DNA of 64,000 nt, from the NCBI GenBank assembly GCA_965644265.1, contig OZ286466.1, forward strand, positions 4,092,001 to 4,156,000, given 5' to 3'. The notes under the pieces are model-generated. The model did no database searches. It was given only the letters and a program-made list of their open reading frames with translations, and was not told the DNA's origin. This document shows positions 1 to 15,600 of the stretch, piece after piece. The position numbers were made by a program, and so were the translations under genes. Position 1 is the first letter of the stretch. Each line of letters starts with the position of its first letter. Origin of the DNA: Glycera tridactyla (taxonomy: Eukaryota).

Positions 1-377
1 TAGTAGTGAGACTGAGGCAACCAACCTTTGATCTGATGAGGCACACTGAAGCAATCTCCAAAATAGATGATCAAGTAAAACTCAAAACAAGAAGATTTGA
101 AAAGGAACACCTCTTTATTGTTTTAATATACTCTAACGTCTCCGACATGTTCTTCTGTACAAGAGTATTGATTTGGCCATGGTGGAACGGAATAAACAAC
201 ATCCTGTGGGGTAGCACGAATAGGTGGGCCAACGTCGGCCCCACCGCGAAGTGTAGACCAATGCTGGGTCACCTAGTCCTGCCAACTGGGGTGTTTCCTA
301 CTTCCGAATTCACCACACGGCTCTCAAGGCAAACTCGAGGCTCTTCATCAACTGGGCTCTATTGTTATTTACATACC

Positions 378-440
378 GCTCTCCACACGCGGCGCACACA
401 AAAACGCGTCGCGCTTTTGTGTGCGCCGCGTGTGGAGAGC
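378..440. repeat. 63-bp near-perfect GC-rich palindrome
   Basis: Perfect 26-bp arms (378-403 and 415-440) plus an inner CGCG/CGCG pair. Confidence 0.95.
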
Positions 441-3400
441 TCCCCGTAAGCAACAATGGACAGCAGCTGTGAATAGAATCTCCGCAAGTCCGAGAGCAAT
501 TAAATCGCTGTAAATGCACATCATCTCTCGAATTTCACACACGTACGCGAACAGCAGAACAGGGAATTAACAGCACAGAGTGATCAACAAGTGTACAGGA
601 CACAGAGAAAAAATCTAGAGAGGGAGAGAAAGACTACATATATATAGATATGCAAAAAGGTCTAAAATAAATTAGCCAAGAATATAAACAAAATGTTGAT
701 GTCGATCTTGATGTAGATTTTAGACGTGTATGCGTGGCTAACGACGGTGATTCTCATCTGCGCTCTGAAAATATTCTGGAGGCTAATTCAAATACATAAC
801 AATGGATGAATGTGACCACCCTGTGGTACCAACCAGGCAATGCTCTGGGTGTAAAGTAGATGTTCCTTGATAGATATATACATGAAAAAGATCGTAAGTT
901 GCTAGTTCATTTCGAGCCCGTCAGATGGAGTAATGCTGCTGCTGCCTCGTTCTAGATTCTTTCACCCAGAAGCAATCCTCGGAAGGGCGACAGGGAGCCA
1001 TATTCAAACAGTTTTGACCTGACCTATACCCTAATATTCCGAATCAAACTGGTTCAACAAAATACCGTGGACTGCATCTTCAGAGAGAATTCCACTTGTT
1101 TTTTAATCTGGAATATCTATATTACAGTCAATCTCATCTCAGGTATAGAGTGAAATGTAGTTCTCTCGGAATCTTTGCATGGGGACCAACCCAAACTCTA
1201 AAATCAACATACTTGAGCAAAGTTGTATTCATACGCGGGAGCGAAGGGATTGCTTGAGTGGGGGTGATGATGAGATAAAAACATATAAAAAATGGATGGG
1301 GTGAAGATATTCTGGAGCAGCCGAATACCAACCGATGACTGAAGCTGACAGAAAGGTATTGGAGTAAACTTCCCGGTTCTGTACACCAACCAGACCGCAG
1401 GATCAGCAAGCTCAACAAAGGACCGATACTCAACGGTGGCCCAACGTTGTACAGGCCGATCTAGTTTTCTGGGCTACCATTTGCAATAAAGTCCAACTTG
1501 TACTGTAATGCTTCATTCTGGCTGTTACTGGTGCTGCTCGTCTAAAGCTGGAACTCTGGTACTGTCACAAGTATACACAACCTGACCCGTCGTCAGACAT
1601 ACTGTGAGAATCAAATATTTCACGCACTCCCCCAACAAACATCCACTATCAGGCCAAGCCAGAGCCCATACCAACCAGCACCGGCCCAGTAGCGGCCCGA
1701 TACCAAATGCCAGCGGGGGTCATCACAATAGAAACCACCGGCAAATAAGCCTTTCAGACTACCATCATCCTGAATGGAACTTCATTTGGTTCAAATTACC
1801 AATGGACATGATGACAGATTTCTCCTTGCACGCTACTCAACAGATCCCACCTCCCTGGTACAGATGACAAGGGGGAGGTGGGATCTCAACAGTGCCAAGG
1901 CAATGACCACCTGTATACTTGTATGAAAGATAAGACACAGGTCTTCCTACCCTGCCAACAAAGCTCTCCCCCTGCTTCCAGGGGGTAGACTTGTCATTCC
2001 AGTGCCTCAGAGAGGCGCTTCCACACCACTACAAGCCACCTTGGCAGCAAGTAGTCCAACGTTCATCCAACATGAACGCCCGGGAGGCGAAAGGGGGATT
2101 GTAGATTTCATTCAAATGGACCAATTTGGTGCTTCGTGAAAGCAAATACGTTCCCTAAATTGCAGCGGGGGACCTTGTGTTTTGGGAGTGTTTCCATCAA
2201 TGTCTGTCGCACATTTGTTTCCTGAACAATTTGATCGAAGTACAATAAATGGTCAGCGAGTGTCAGATAACTAGGAGACAATGCTCTGAGAATTTTACAC
2301 GTCATGACAGCTCGCTCTGATTTAGGGAACACTGCCGAAATATGGGCCATGATTTCACACTGCTGCCCATCTTGTTGCAAAAACACCTTGATAGATTGCC
2401 TAGTTTTTCATGATGATTATAAAAACTGTCTTGAGATGGACACACAACGATGGTAAGGCGAACGTTGTCGTCGTTGTAGAACACCCATGTTGATTTCACG
2501 GTTTTGTCTCCATTTAGACCATTCGTCGCTCGCCGGTCATGGGGTCCACCAATTCCTTAACTGGAAAAGGCAAGAGGCACATAGGCTTAGACGAATCCAA
2601 GTGCAATGTGACATCACTATGACGTCATCAAACAAACATCTATGACGTCAGAAACCATGAACTCCATGCAGGATAATTGTGCATTCGGTGGAAAAAAACG
2701 GCTTGTTATGTAGCACGCTCTCAACGAAGACTGGTTGACGCATTCGGAGAAGGGCTACGGGGAGGGTGACACGAAGGACAGATGAACGATGCCAAAACAC
2801 AGTGGAGGACTTGCGACAAGTCTTGCAGGTTTTCCAAGGTCACGTGAGATTCAAACCAGAAACCACATCTTGAGTACCTCTTAAAAGTAAGCTGAAAAAT
2901 GCACCTTCTCTCCTCGACTATCAGGAGGACGGGATCTTTCTGTTACTAGCTCATATACCTGCCCACGTGTTCATATAACCCCACTGCCTGTAATTTAGGG
3001 CACCGACCAAATGGTCATTGTGTACCAACGGGCATTGACCCAGTTGTGCGTTTGCGCAGACCGGTTGCTAGGCGATCCATGGAAACCATTCATTCCATGA
3101 CGTATTAATCAGGTAATTTTGTCCAATGGACATGGTTTAGAATTTGAGAAAGGCAGTGAGATAATGACTCAGATGGGAGGTATGGAGCGAGGATGAGCGG
3201 GTTCTTAGTTAGAAGCATGCGGGGGTCATCCCAAACAGCGCCAGCCATGCGTCGCTCACCATCTTGACAACTTGGTTTTCCACACATCACCAACAGATGG
3301 GGTTTACGTCAGACGTCAGACAGAAGCCAGCCTTTATTGAATCACACAAAGACGCGAGAGCGGGGTGACAGAGAGAGAGAGAGAGAGGGGGAAGAAACAG

Positions 3401-5389
3401 AAGACACAGAGCGAGAAAGAGAGAGACAAGTGTCAACGCTCAGAATTCACGCATTCTCGCACAAACTAGTACTGCTTGATCAGTTGAAATCAGTAACATG
3501 TTAACAATGTTACATCAACTGCCACCAGAGGGCGATGTCTCTCAGAGACCGATCAACACATAAAGTAAATACCTATATGATGACGTCATTCCGAGGTCGA
3601 TCACATGACCACCAGTACACAGCCGGAAAACTGACTCTCAGGAGAGGTCTGTGAAATTTATTTTATCCGACTATTCCAGTGAGCTCACAGCGGGTACTGA
3701 TCTTATTAATGCACTGTCACTCACTGCCAAACAATAGGAGCACTGTCAATATTTGATGCCTGGAATACATTTCAGTAGAAGGGCATCCCAAAATTGCGCG
3801 CGTGTGTGTGTGCTCGATTGCTATGTCTTTCTCAAAAGCCGTACCAATTGTAAGTAGCAAATATGAGTTCAGCCCATCTCAGTGTGATGGGCCATTGATG
3901 GTTCTGTGTTGATGCTAACAAGCCTCGGCCAGGTACCAGATATTCACCATAAGATGGCGCTACTCGAACAGTAGAAAGAAGGGGGTGATCAGAAAACAAA
4001 CTACACACATGAGGACATAGTGTGGAACTGAAGTAACCACTGTAGGTCATTACACAGACACACCAAACCAACTCTGATGTTACACTTTCAGCATTGTTAG
4101 TAAGTAGATTCCAAGAGACATTTCACTGTGGTCAGTTTGGGAGATAACTCTTACAGACACGCCCTTCATAGAAGACCATGCAAGTAAGAGATGCCTCTCA
4201 CATTTCTCAAAAGTATCCAGTAACAAGTTAAGTGGGTGATACGTGACCTTGGTGAAATGATCCCTGGAATACAAGGCGAGCATCTGGCACATCATGATAA
4301 TCGTTACAAGTCTCCCACATCCTTCTTCACACTCTTCTGCCTTTGAGCAATTACATTTGAAACATAATGGTATTATCGCCCCTGTTAACACAGCCATCCA
4401 TCAAATCAATGTTTCAAACACAATAAGTCACTGAATTCTTACAATGTCCACAAAAGCCGATCATCTCACTCTCCAGTGTCTATTATCCTGGAAATAAGTC
4501 CATTCTCTTATCACCTTTCACACACCGAGGTTTCAAAATATTCTCAGACAACTAGGGCTGTGGCCCTACGAAGTGCACGCGGATGCAGAATACTAACGAT
4601 ATACTTTGACATCTGCGTCCAGTTTTATGAGATCATCATATACATGTCCGTGATGGGTTGCCTGATAACAATGTACGTCGCCTGACAGCCGCGTCAACCA
4701 AGTCGGGTCGGACTTTATCGAGCCGGCGGCGCCCTGTCCCGCGCTCTACTCAACAACCTGATAATCTATCAACATTCTCCTGGAGGGGATGATAATAAGG
4801 ACCATCCAAGCCAGCCGAGGACAAGATTTATTATGACCATTTAGGTCACAGCCCTATTTGAACTAAGTTCTCAAATCGTAACAACAGTTGCTATGGTTCC
4901 TGCCATAGCTTCTAGTAACATTCTAGATTCTCAGAAACTACCATCACAATTCTCTCTTTGAATACCGTCAGCATTCTCATGCCCTGCTTGGCTCAAGATG
5001 ACCCTTCACTACATTCAGCAGTCTGGTGATGCTTGTCTGACGTCAGATGATGTCGATAGCGTACAATGTAACAACAGGTGAAGCATGACAACACGGGGTT
5101 GACCTACTGCGTGCGATGATTGGATATTAACAATGTGAGTGCTGACAACCAATTTCTAATTTTATACATTTCATACCAGCAAATGATGGTTGGTTTCTCG
5201 TTACAGTAGCGTCATATGTGCTATTAAAATGACGCCCATACGGTGGACATTGGTGGGATCCTTCTGGGTTCTAAAAAAGAGGTGAGAATGTATTGAATCC
5301 ACACTCTCCTGTGAACATCAAATATTTGTTGTGGGGACCTGGAGCCCACATCACCAAACAATCAACTAACACAAAACCAATGAAAGTTT

Positions 5390-5490
5390 GGTTGGGTTTT
5401 GTTGAGGTTTGGTGTATGGACACAGAGGATTATGCAAGCCATGTGAACCTGGACGATTTTCTGTCCCCTGCAGGCATCACTTTCACAAAC
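5390..5490. repeat. Interspersed repeat fragment, second copy at about 37185-37310
   Basis: Colinear motifs TTGAGGTTT, GAGGATTATG, CTGTCCCCTGCAGGC and GGCATCACT in both copies. Confidence 0.55.
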
Positions 5491-6384
5491 CATGAACCAG
5501 TGAAGTTTGATGTATTGTGGAATTCTGATTCGCATGGTATTGAATCCCTCTAACGATATCATAACATTTGCTGATATGAAATGCAAGTATTTTCCCTCAC
5601 AATTGAGGACAGTGCATCAGATGTGAAACGACTGGAATGCTGGTCCAGCGAAGGCACTCAGATGAAGTAACACGCACACACCGCTAACTAGAAATTTCCA
5701 TAACATATCCAGTTCAGCTCCATTGAATTTTCGTTCTTGGAACGATATATCATTGTATGAAATACCTGGATAGTGTATGAGCTGCGACTCGCTCCACACT
5801 GCAGCCCAGCCGCAGGATGGGCTTATTGGAGTTTGATGAAATGTATTACCTGAATGTCATAAGCCATGTATTCCTGATCTATGAAAGCTACAAGCCCTGT
5901 CCCCTGCAGGCCCCACTCTCAACATTGAGGTTACCAATAAGGTTACGAACGAGTTGTCAAGTGGAAGTGTTCGTCGGTTCAGACACACATCTATATATTC
6001 AATAATACAATGGGACCAGCTAGCTTGATGGTCGGCACTAGTCCAAGGTGATCCGGCATTATAACTGATGGCAGACATTTCATGGCATGAATCAACCTGA
6101 AGCAGTATGTTAACCGTGTTTCTACAGAAGATGAAAGTCAGAGGTAATTCTGGTGGACAGGATTGTTTGATTGTTCTGGCTGACATTTCTCACCTGTTAG
6201 ATGACACATGACATATATAAGTTAAATACTTAACAAGAGATTGAAGAGATGTTTGGTGTGTGGCATTCAAAGGAATGAAAGCACACAATACTGGCAGCAC
6301 AGGGTATCATTGTTCTTACTCAAAAGTCTGTAAATCTCAATTGAGACGCCTATGCAATGAGCCAGGGTGGAATTATTCAAGTAT

Positions 6385-6465
6385 TCCTCCTTTTTGGTCC
6401 CAAATGAAAGGTGAAAATTCATGAAATTCGCACACTCAAGATGTCATCTGTGGATAATGTCGCCG
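6385..6465. repeat. Interspersed repeat fragment, second copy at about 7433-7505
   Basis: Shared CTCCTT..GGTCCC, ATGAAATTC, CACTCAAG.TGTCAT.TGTG. Confidence 0.5.
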
Positions 6466-9400
6466 TGGATATTTACGAAGCATATCACTGGGTTTAACGT
6501 AGGTGATCATTTACGACGGAGTGAAGAAATATATGTCAGATTTGAACCTGACAGACTTCATATTTCTGTATAATTCGGATAGCACTAGTAATAAAATGGG
6601 CTGAAATATCCCTTTACACCATACAACCAACCTAGATTAATTAAAATATATGCAATACACTAATCAACCCACCTAAAAAGAGCTAAAAAACCTATAAAAG
6701 TATATGTATATATGTCGATATATATATATTTATATATTCAATTTGAAACCACATACGCCTAGTCATTGTAACAGTAATAAATATTCAATAATACTAATAA
6801 CAGTTGATTGTAGAAGTGAAGCAGGCCAGAACTGGCATCCAAGTCACCACAAGCATAACCAATAACAAAGAAACACACTACACTGACTTGACAATGCACA
6901 TGCTGCATCATAGCTCATCATACTGGCTCCATAACATATATACTTGGTTTATTTGATTGGTTCTGGCTCAATGATATGAGCCAACACATGGTGTTGTTAT
7001 GTCTGTCATGTGTTGTTGATTTATGAGTCAGATGATTGCTCTCCCTGTCAGCATCACTCTCCGCAACGTCACCACATCGTTAGAGTTTCTCTGCTATTAC
7101 AATAATCTGACAATGAGACGCCACAAGTCTGGGATTCGCAAGATTAATGACTTGCTACTGCTTTCCAGGTGCATATATACCGATTACGTCTCTCCCCAAG
7201 TGAATCAAGCACATACTGACTCGTATATGCGAGAGACTATTACTGAGTTCCAGTGATCAGTTTTGGGAGAAAAATGGCGATAAAGCAAGTACAACAGGGT
7301 TATACGTAGATGAGCATTTTGGCTTCATGTGGTTCTAAGCACATTTACAGGGTTTGTTTGTTCCATGAGCACCATCTGGTATCAGTGCTATTTTGAGACA
7401 CTGATACAATGGGCATGTGTAAGATTATTCGAGGCTCCTTCTTCCGGGTCCCCAAAGGAACATTTATGAAATTCACAGACACTCAAGGTGTCATTTGTGA
7501 TATCAGATTTATTGACATTGGACATGTGTGAAATAGCCACGCTGGATGATAACATATGGAGGCTCTGTCACTCACTCATGACTTGGCATATTGCAGACAC
7601 TGTGTACAGCTGCATCTATGCGCATATGTGCATACATTTAATCATAACTTAATCTCACTTCATATCATCAAATTTTCTCAGAATGAGGCAAGTCACATAT
7701 GAAAGACAGCCAACTTTGTCGGCCATCCAAGAACCAAAACCTGCCATGCAAATATTGCTAATATACCAGAGAAGAGTCGCTGTAAATCCTTCAGCATTAC
7801 TTTATAAGTTATCTCAACTATAGATATATACAAGTGTGTGTGTTTCTCATGAGAATTGCGAGTACTATCTCTGGTCGTGCTAGCTAGCCAGGGTTCAATG
7901 ACACCTAGTAGTCCCAATACAAGAGCTACACCGAGCTCCAAAACAACCACTAACATTCTGGCAAAATGAGTGAAAACAGAACCAAAGCTCTAACCTGTAG
8001 ACATTCTCTAAACTCATGAACAAATGGTGTTATAATAATGCTTGGATGACTGCTAAATCGAGTGACAAGGCAGGTTCAGAATCCACATGATCATTGCCAG
8101 TAGAGATGGGGTTTATTGTAATACCACAAAGGTTCATCATCAATGAAAGAATAAGATATTCATGTACTATAACTACTTCATACATAGGGGATTTGAATAT
8201 CACCTTTCAGGCCATATGATATGTACAATGGAATAGTATTGTGAGGTGTACAGCACCAATCTCTCACACCATCCACAGTCAATATCTGCAAGTCCATGCC
8301 AGTGGAACATTCAAGTTCTATACCCAATCAACATTAGCACATATGACTGCGAGTGTACATGACTGATTCAATATTCCCAAATTCGTTATTTTCTCTGGTT
8401 GTATCATGTTTGAAAACATGATGTTTGATTTGCTGGTTGTAGTTCAGTGGCAGGTATCAAGCCAAAGGATTAAGTATGCCATGTGTTCCCGATCTCAGAA
8501 AGTTGGTTGTAGTCCAGATGTGACGTCACATTGACACCATATTGAGACGTTCGTGCAATGGACATGGACATGGATCAGTCAAGACTTCTCAACCTGGGTC
8601 GCCAGTGGGGAGTGAAACCCACGAGTCTCAAATAATCTCACCCATGCCCACAGCACACTATCACAATATGGTTGGATGCTTCCATCTATGCAGGAAGCAC
8701 TCTCACAGACCCTGAACATAAGATGATGAGGAACCAGGAAGATGTGCGGGTAGACCTTTATGCAGCTAACAGCTGATGGAGGTTATAACTTGAATATTCC
8801 ACTGGCATGTCCTTTTAACTACGTGGTATAGTGTGCATTATATCAACCCTCTGGCTTCTATCATCAACACACTAATGCAAAAAAGCTCAAGATCTCCAAA
8901 ACAGACAGCCATCTATTCGAATAATACCACTAAATCATGGGAAAAAACTTTTCTGATCTCATCGGACTTCCCCGCTTTTACCGGAATCATGCAAACTTGT
9001 GCAGTTCTCATACGAGGCAAGCAAATACGTGAAAAGCACGATCTCCCAATAATAAACAAATCAGAGTGAAGTGAAGTAAAATGTGTGAAATACTATAAAG
9101 AAGACAAAATACTATGAAGAAAGACAATGTGCGAGTAAATACTTCTATCATTTGGCTGGGTGACACTTAGGCGAGACTACATATTACATCCAAGTGGAAC
9201 TTAAAAATTATATCTATAAAATATAGCTTCACTACTGTAAAAGTTTGTCCCATCTGAAAGATCATGTGTAAAACTAGGAGATATTCTTGTCGGACTGCTG
9301 CGTGGGTTGCCAGGAGCATTAAGAGAAGGCGGACAACTCTGCGGACAGCAATACACCGGTTGCATGAGGTTGTTTTGATCAATTGGTGGATGTGCTCTCA

Positions 9401-9646
9401 ACTGCTACTGTTTTCACAGGAAAGCTTCCAGGCGGTCATACCTCATTCTTGTCTAGACCTACAGCTCATTTCAGCATACCCCTGACTCAAAAACACATCA
9501 ACTAGAGCCAGGAATCCATCATAACACAGAATTGCCAGTAGGTAACACAAAATGACTTGTCAATATGATCACCAATTTCACGATAAGCGGGTCAAGAGAC
9601 GAAGAACAATGTTCCTGCAACAGGCACATCTTCCCGAGTATTTACT

Positions 9647-9668
9647 GGGGGGGGGGGGGGGGGGGGGG
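9647..9668. repeat. G22 homopolymer
   Basis: 22 consecutive G. Confidence 0.95.
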
Positions 9669-12600
9669 TTGTGTCACCATCATCTGGTCATATCAGCTGA
9701 AGGTTGAAGAAAGAAGTGACCCGGATATCTTAGCTTACTCAGCGCAAGCTCAGGTATAGGAAACTATGCGCGAGTCAATAGTATTTGACTCATCCTGCTG
9801 ACATCAAGGGATATATATTTGTTGCTATATACTTTTGAATCTTGCGAAACTGTGCAAAAGTGGTGATCAGAATCTGACCCAAACAATCATGTAGCCTTTA
9901 GAAATGCTACTGTTGAAAAATGGTGACCAAATTTCACGTTCATCTCCTACCCAATGCTGGCATGCGGTCACATTTTGATATGAGTCATGACTCAAGCTGA
10001 TGGATTCTAACACAACCAGTGAAAAGTTGCGCGGATGACAATGAGGTGAGACTATACGAGCTACTGGGGATTGAGTCTCGTCAGTATAAAATGGTGAGAA
10101 CTATGTACAAGATGATGTGGGATACTTGCAAGCCCAACCCGCTCCACATAGAGAGATTTATCGCCGTCTAGACTCAATACAGGTGAAATGACACTTGCCA
10201 GAGGCACACAGACATACATGCATAATTTCAGACGTACAAATATGTACATGGGATTCTCACGGCACACCGGGAGCGAGACACCTGTCATACAACAATGAAA
10301 ACATGGACAGCATGACGTGAATGTCACATGAAAAAGAAACAAGTTCCCCACCTAATATGTACAAAGATATTGTGATGGTCACAACATGAAGAAAGACCCC
10401 AAAAATGTTCTGAACTAAATGACAACGAAGAAGACCTAGCTCTCAAAGTTTTTAAACTGTAATGAATGAAAGTCCAGATAAAACATGACCTCGTAAAAGT
10501 GCTGCCACTAAAATGCCTCGCTGAAGGGGATACACATGCTAGAAAACTTCCAAAATGTCAAGTAATTGGGCGGGCAGATATGGTTCCATAATGAAACTTT
10601 TTGCCATATTTTGAGATGACCTGACAAGTGAAATCAGATCCTGATTTTAGATTCAATCAGCCAAGCAAAGTCAGAAGTTGACAATGAGAATATGTCAGTC
10701 CCTAGATGTAACTGAGAAGGGATGGACATACACAATTATGTCAAGTGAATGTTTTAATCAGCAACTTTATGATGGCATATTTACTAAGAATGGGAGGAAA
10801 TAGGGAAGAATGAAAGGATGGCACTAGTGGTGGCAACAACAGTGAAAGGCATTCAGTTTCACAAAAGTTCCCATCCTTAGCAAATGGGAAATCTTTGGTT
10901 GTGAGGGCATGACGCCTCTTTACCACAGTGAACACAAATCATGAAAGTTCTGATTCATGAAACATCTCAAGCTCAGCAGGCCATAAACAGCAGGAAAATG
11001 GACTTAATTTCAAACTCAGCCTTCCTCGTGAGTCAATGAGCACTGAAAATATCTCAATAAACAACAGAAATGAACCTCCTACTGCAGAATATAAAGACTT
11101 AAGGCATGTAAAATGCATATTTGATAACACAGAAAGAAATCAGGACTTATGACATCAAAAGAGTGAAGAAATCAAGTACCCATCCATCACAAAAATGAGG
11201 TGAAATATATGTCTTGATCTAGGATTTATATTGGATTCAGATATGAACACCTGCTGTTAGACATGCTCACCAGCTGTCAAGACATTCCTGGAAGCACAGG
11301 ACATAGTATAAAGGACTTCCCCTAGCTGTCAATCACCCATTTCATTATTTCATGATGAGCCGTCTGTATCAGGCAACCACAGCAGATTACCACTGATAAA
11401 CTCTGTTCCGTCTCATATCCAACTAACTTTAGATACTGATCATTTGAACGATTAAAACTAAATCTCACTCTGCAATGATCAAGAGTTTGCTTCCCAAGTG
11501 GAATCTCAGCTGTATAATCACTAAATCCCGGCCAAAGAAACTTCTACATCAGGTAACCTCTATCTGCTACCATCTAACCCAGACTTACATGTACAAACAT
11601 GCTATGAATAGCAGATACACTGGCATGCTGACCTCTCCTGACCTGCATTAGTTCTTTACCCAAATATTTTTCATTCCAAAAAACTGCATCAGTCCAGAGA
11701 GTTTGATTCTGAGAGTTTTGTCTTCCTTATACAGCCGTAAATAGCTTCATTTACGTGGAGAGGTTCAGCAAAATACAGTCTATGCCTCCCATCAATATTA
11801 TCATGAAGTGATGAAATGGAGGAATGTATTGTATATAAAAATCGTGACTAGATAGCACCTTGATTTCAACAACGACAGATACACAATGAGATAACAAAAC
11901 ACGGACACACCGCAAATTAATAGGATGAAAACCCTTCCACTTAATGAGTCAATTCGAGGGAATGTAAAAATATGAAGCAACAACCATTACCAACATCAAT
12001 CAATCAATCACATATAGAGGAAGTAAACTTCAGGTGTCAGCCAGCTAAGCTGGACAACATACACTCTGCTGCTGATTAAACGTTTGGAAACTTAACTACG
12101 AACCCTGTTGAAAGTCACAGATACTACTACTTGCCAAGAGGCCCTATCTAAACTTCTCAAAAACGACTGCCCTCGCTAAACCGGTTTGGAGGAGGAGCAA
12201 TACCACCTGTAAATTACTGTGTCTACGTACCCGGTACCAACGATAATCAAGCGGGGTCGGACGTATATCACACTCAAATTATCGCAAAATCATCTACATA
12301 AGCCGTGAAATGACAGGACAGCAGCATGCAACATGTGTGATCGGAAATAAATAGATGTGAATAATTGGGTGCTGTTTTGATTCTAATCCAGACTGATATC
12401 ACAAGATTGTGCAACCAGCATGGGCATGAGATATCATGTAAATATCACATGAATGCTGAGAGACTCAAACAGAGAATGTCTCCAGCAAAATGTGAAGTGT
12501 GAAGCCTTCAACATTTCTCCATCTATGATCTCAGATAATGTCAAACAACACTAGAATTCTTGTGGAAACATGCATCAACACATCAGCAACACTGATATAA

Positions 12601-15600
12601 ACACATCAGGGACAGAAACTCAAGTTTGCTTGCTTTGGTAGCATAGCATAATGATAAAATTTGCACTAGGACAGTCCATGAAAATATATTTCAGCCTGCT
12701 TTTGTTGAGTGTCAATGAATGGCAGAAACAAACCATGGACCATGTGTCACTATCCATAAGCAGGATTAATTTTGAGATATCATTCAAGTCTCCAGGTACA
12801 ACTTGAATTTGTACTCTATAGAGTGATGGGCTTGGAATGGAATGATGAAGGTGACACAACAAATCTAAGAGAATACTTTCCTGGCTGTTTGCCACCTGGT
12901 AAAACATTGACTTTGGTTGTTGTTGAACTTATTCAACCCAAATGGGAGAATGAAATATGAGGATTGCCCAAATAAAAAAAGATGGCATTTCACAGCTCGA
13001 AATGAGCTGAGATATAAGACTGATCGGGGACGGTGATTATCTCCGTAAAGATCCATCAAAAGCATAAATCTGAAGACACAGGTCAAAGACAATGACAACA
13101 TACTACAATGTAGACCAAGACTGAGATATAGATGTAGAAATATAACCGGCATGCAACACTGACGAGAACGGGGTTGAATGACGATACTCCGGCATGAGCA
13201 AATCAAAATATGAAATAAGATTTGAGGTGAGATGATCACACATGTTGTAAGCCGTGTGAGAGACTTGAAGTGCCGTGCCAGACTCAACGATAAACTCACA
13301 GCCGTGTTCATGATCGTGAACCGGAGGAGTCAACAATGCAGTCATTGGACAAGTCCTGTTATTCTACACGATCACTTGGTCCTTTCAGTAACCTATCATT
13401 TGAAAGATTAACCATAGTATAGGAAGTGGTGCTACTTATAGAACAAAGATGCTGTATTATCCAAGATAGAGCCCCATGTGATGGGTATCTTCAATTGGTC
13501 CTAAAAATAGACCACATACAACATTCTATCCCATAATGCAGCATTCTTGAATATAAATGCTGATCTTCCTATAACATAGACACTTCCATTCGTAATGGTT
13601 GATTGGAAAAATAATTCTGATTTTCATTCTCAATTCATTTTCAATCATCTGCTACGTACAAATTCAGATTCCTCAAATGCATGCATCGCAGTTGACCCAC
13701 TTAAAAATTCACCACATTCAGTACCGATGATGATAGGTCGGTACCTAATTTGAAGATGAAATTTGCTTCAAAAACTCAGATGCAAATGGGAAAGTGATAC
13801 ACAATTGTAAGATGATGGTGAACCACCAACTTTCGAAAATGAACAGGAAATATTCACCGATCCATCCTGATCTCATTCTAGCACAAGATGTAGTTCTGAG
13901 ATTATCTCCCGGATCAGACGATGCAATAAGATGGAGAATCTCGTGTTGAGTTTGCTAGATGGATATGCAATGGCACGTGTGGTGTTTGATCGACGAAGAC
14001 ATGAGCGGCGGAGTTGGATGCACGTGCTGGCAGGCAGACACGGAGACACGGTGGTAAAGGAGGGCAGGCAAGAGAAACTAAGATGACTAAAGAGTGAACA
14101 CTCAACCTGCATTATTGTCCCAGGCAAGCAAGAAGGGGAAAACAAATTACACAAATCATAATTATTATGGCAGCAACAAATCATCAGTGATCACGTGTTC
14201 GTAGTGCTGTTCATACCTCAGGTGCTACAATCTTGGTGAGAGATTTCATGAGAAGTGAGGAAGTGTGGAGTGAGCGGAGGACGGTTCTAGTCAAGATTCA
14301 ATCTTGGTAGCTGCTTGAATGATTCATCACTTATACTTGTAAACAATGAATTCTTCAAGAAGCTACACATCAACTGATTTACATGTTTATCAACTTCCAA
14401 AATGTTTACTTTCCTGAACTACAACTTGCCAAAAAGTAGAAGGTCAATGGTAGGAAGTCTTTGGCAAACTACATGAACCATTGCGGACAACAAATATAGC
14501 ATCAATCTTTAAGGAAGGCAAGGGGAGCAAGTGCTAGAATTTCACCTTCAAGAATATCATCCTTCATTCAGTATCATCGACCAAAATGTTGTTTCAACAA
14601 GAGGGAACCATATATCTGAACTAACAATCATATTGGAAATCACTTTATGATTCAGGCGAAAATATAATATACGGTTGATTACGTCTAGGAGAGAGAGAAA
14701 TTACCAGAGCTAGTGTGAAGTTGTTGATTGATACACAAGGAACTACAATGTAGAGAACATGCCTCTCCTAATGTCTACCCCAACAGAAATCACCAAGTGC
14801 TCAGAGTGGGAAAAAGGAAAATTATTATGTGATATTATCTGTGTCAGTATGTGCTAGAAGCAGTGATCTTCCCCGAAAGTACTACCTCAATGACTCCAAA
14901 CAGAATGTAAGGCTTAGTTGTAAATGAGTCATTAGATGGTTGCTTCAAAGTTATTTTCTATTCTCTCATTTTAATCTCTCAAAAAATGAGATGGTGAGAT
15001 TGTGGAAGTACATGTGTACAATCAGAATTTGAGATCACTGCTCGTAGCAGATCCTAGTTACACCATAAACAGTTGACATGATCTCGTCATATTGCCCGGA
15101 ACCTCCATCACCCGTGGAGGGTGGCGGATCAAACTTGGAATCAAAATAGTCAGAATGAGAAGACTGGCAAGCAGTGATGGTCGCCATCATTTATAATAAT
15201 TTTCATCCATCTTTATATTACTATATATTCGGACAACTTCATGTCATTCTGACACAGTAAAAATCTGGAGCTGTCACAACGAAACTCAACTTGTACAGAA
15301 GTCGCACGAAATTGCTGAGACTATTATCCTATTCTTTCACTCAGAAAAATTATACTGTCAGGCTCTAGCTAGGTTCCGCTGATAACCAGAGATATGAAAG
15401 GTGCAGTTCAGCTCTGTTGTCTAGGTTACTGTGAAAAAAATATTACAGAGGAAAAACCCATTTAAAGAGAATGATCATGTGGATTCATGTTTATGGCATG
15501 AGAGAGAATTTGTGTGAATACTAAATAGTGAGAACCATTTTAGCATTTTTCACCAATCCTGGATTGGCGTTAATTGAACATCACTGTATTTTTGTCTGAG

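Noticed and set aside
8550-8640. tRNA-SINE-like B-box fragments (also about 21550-21620)
   Set aside because: Too degenerate to support; no A box, tail or target-site duplication identified.
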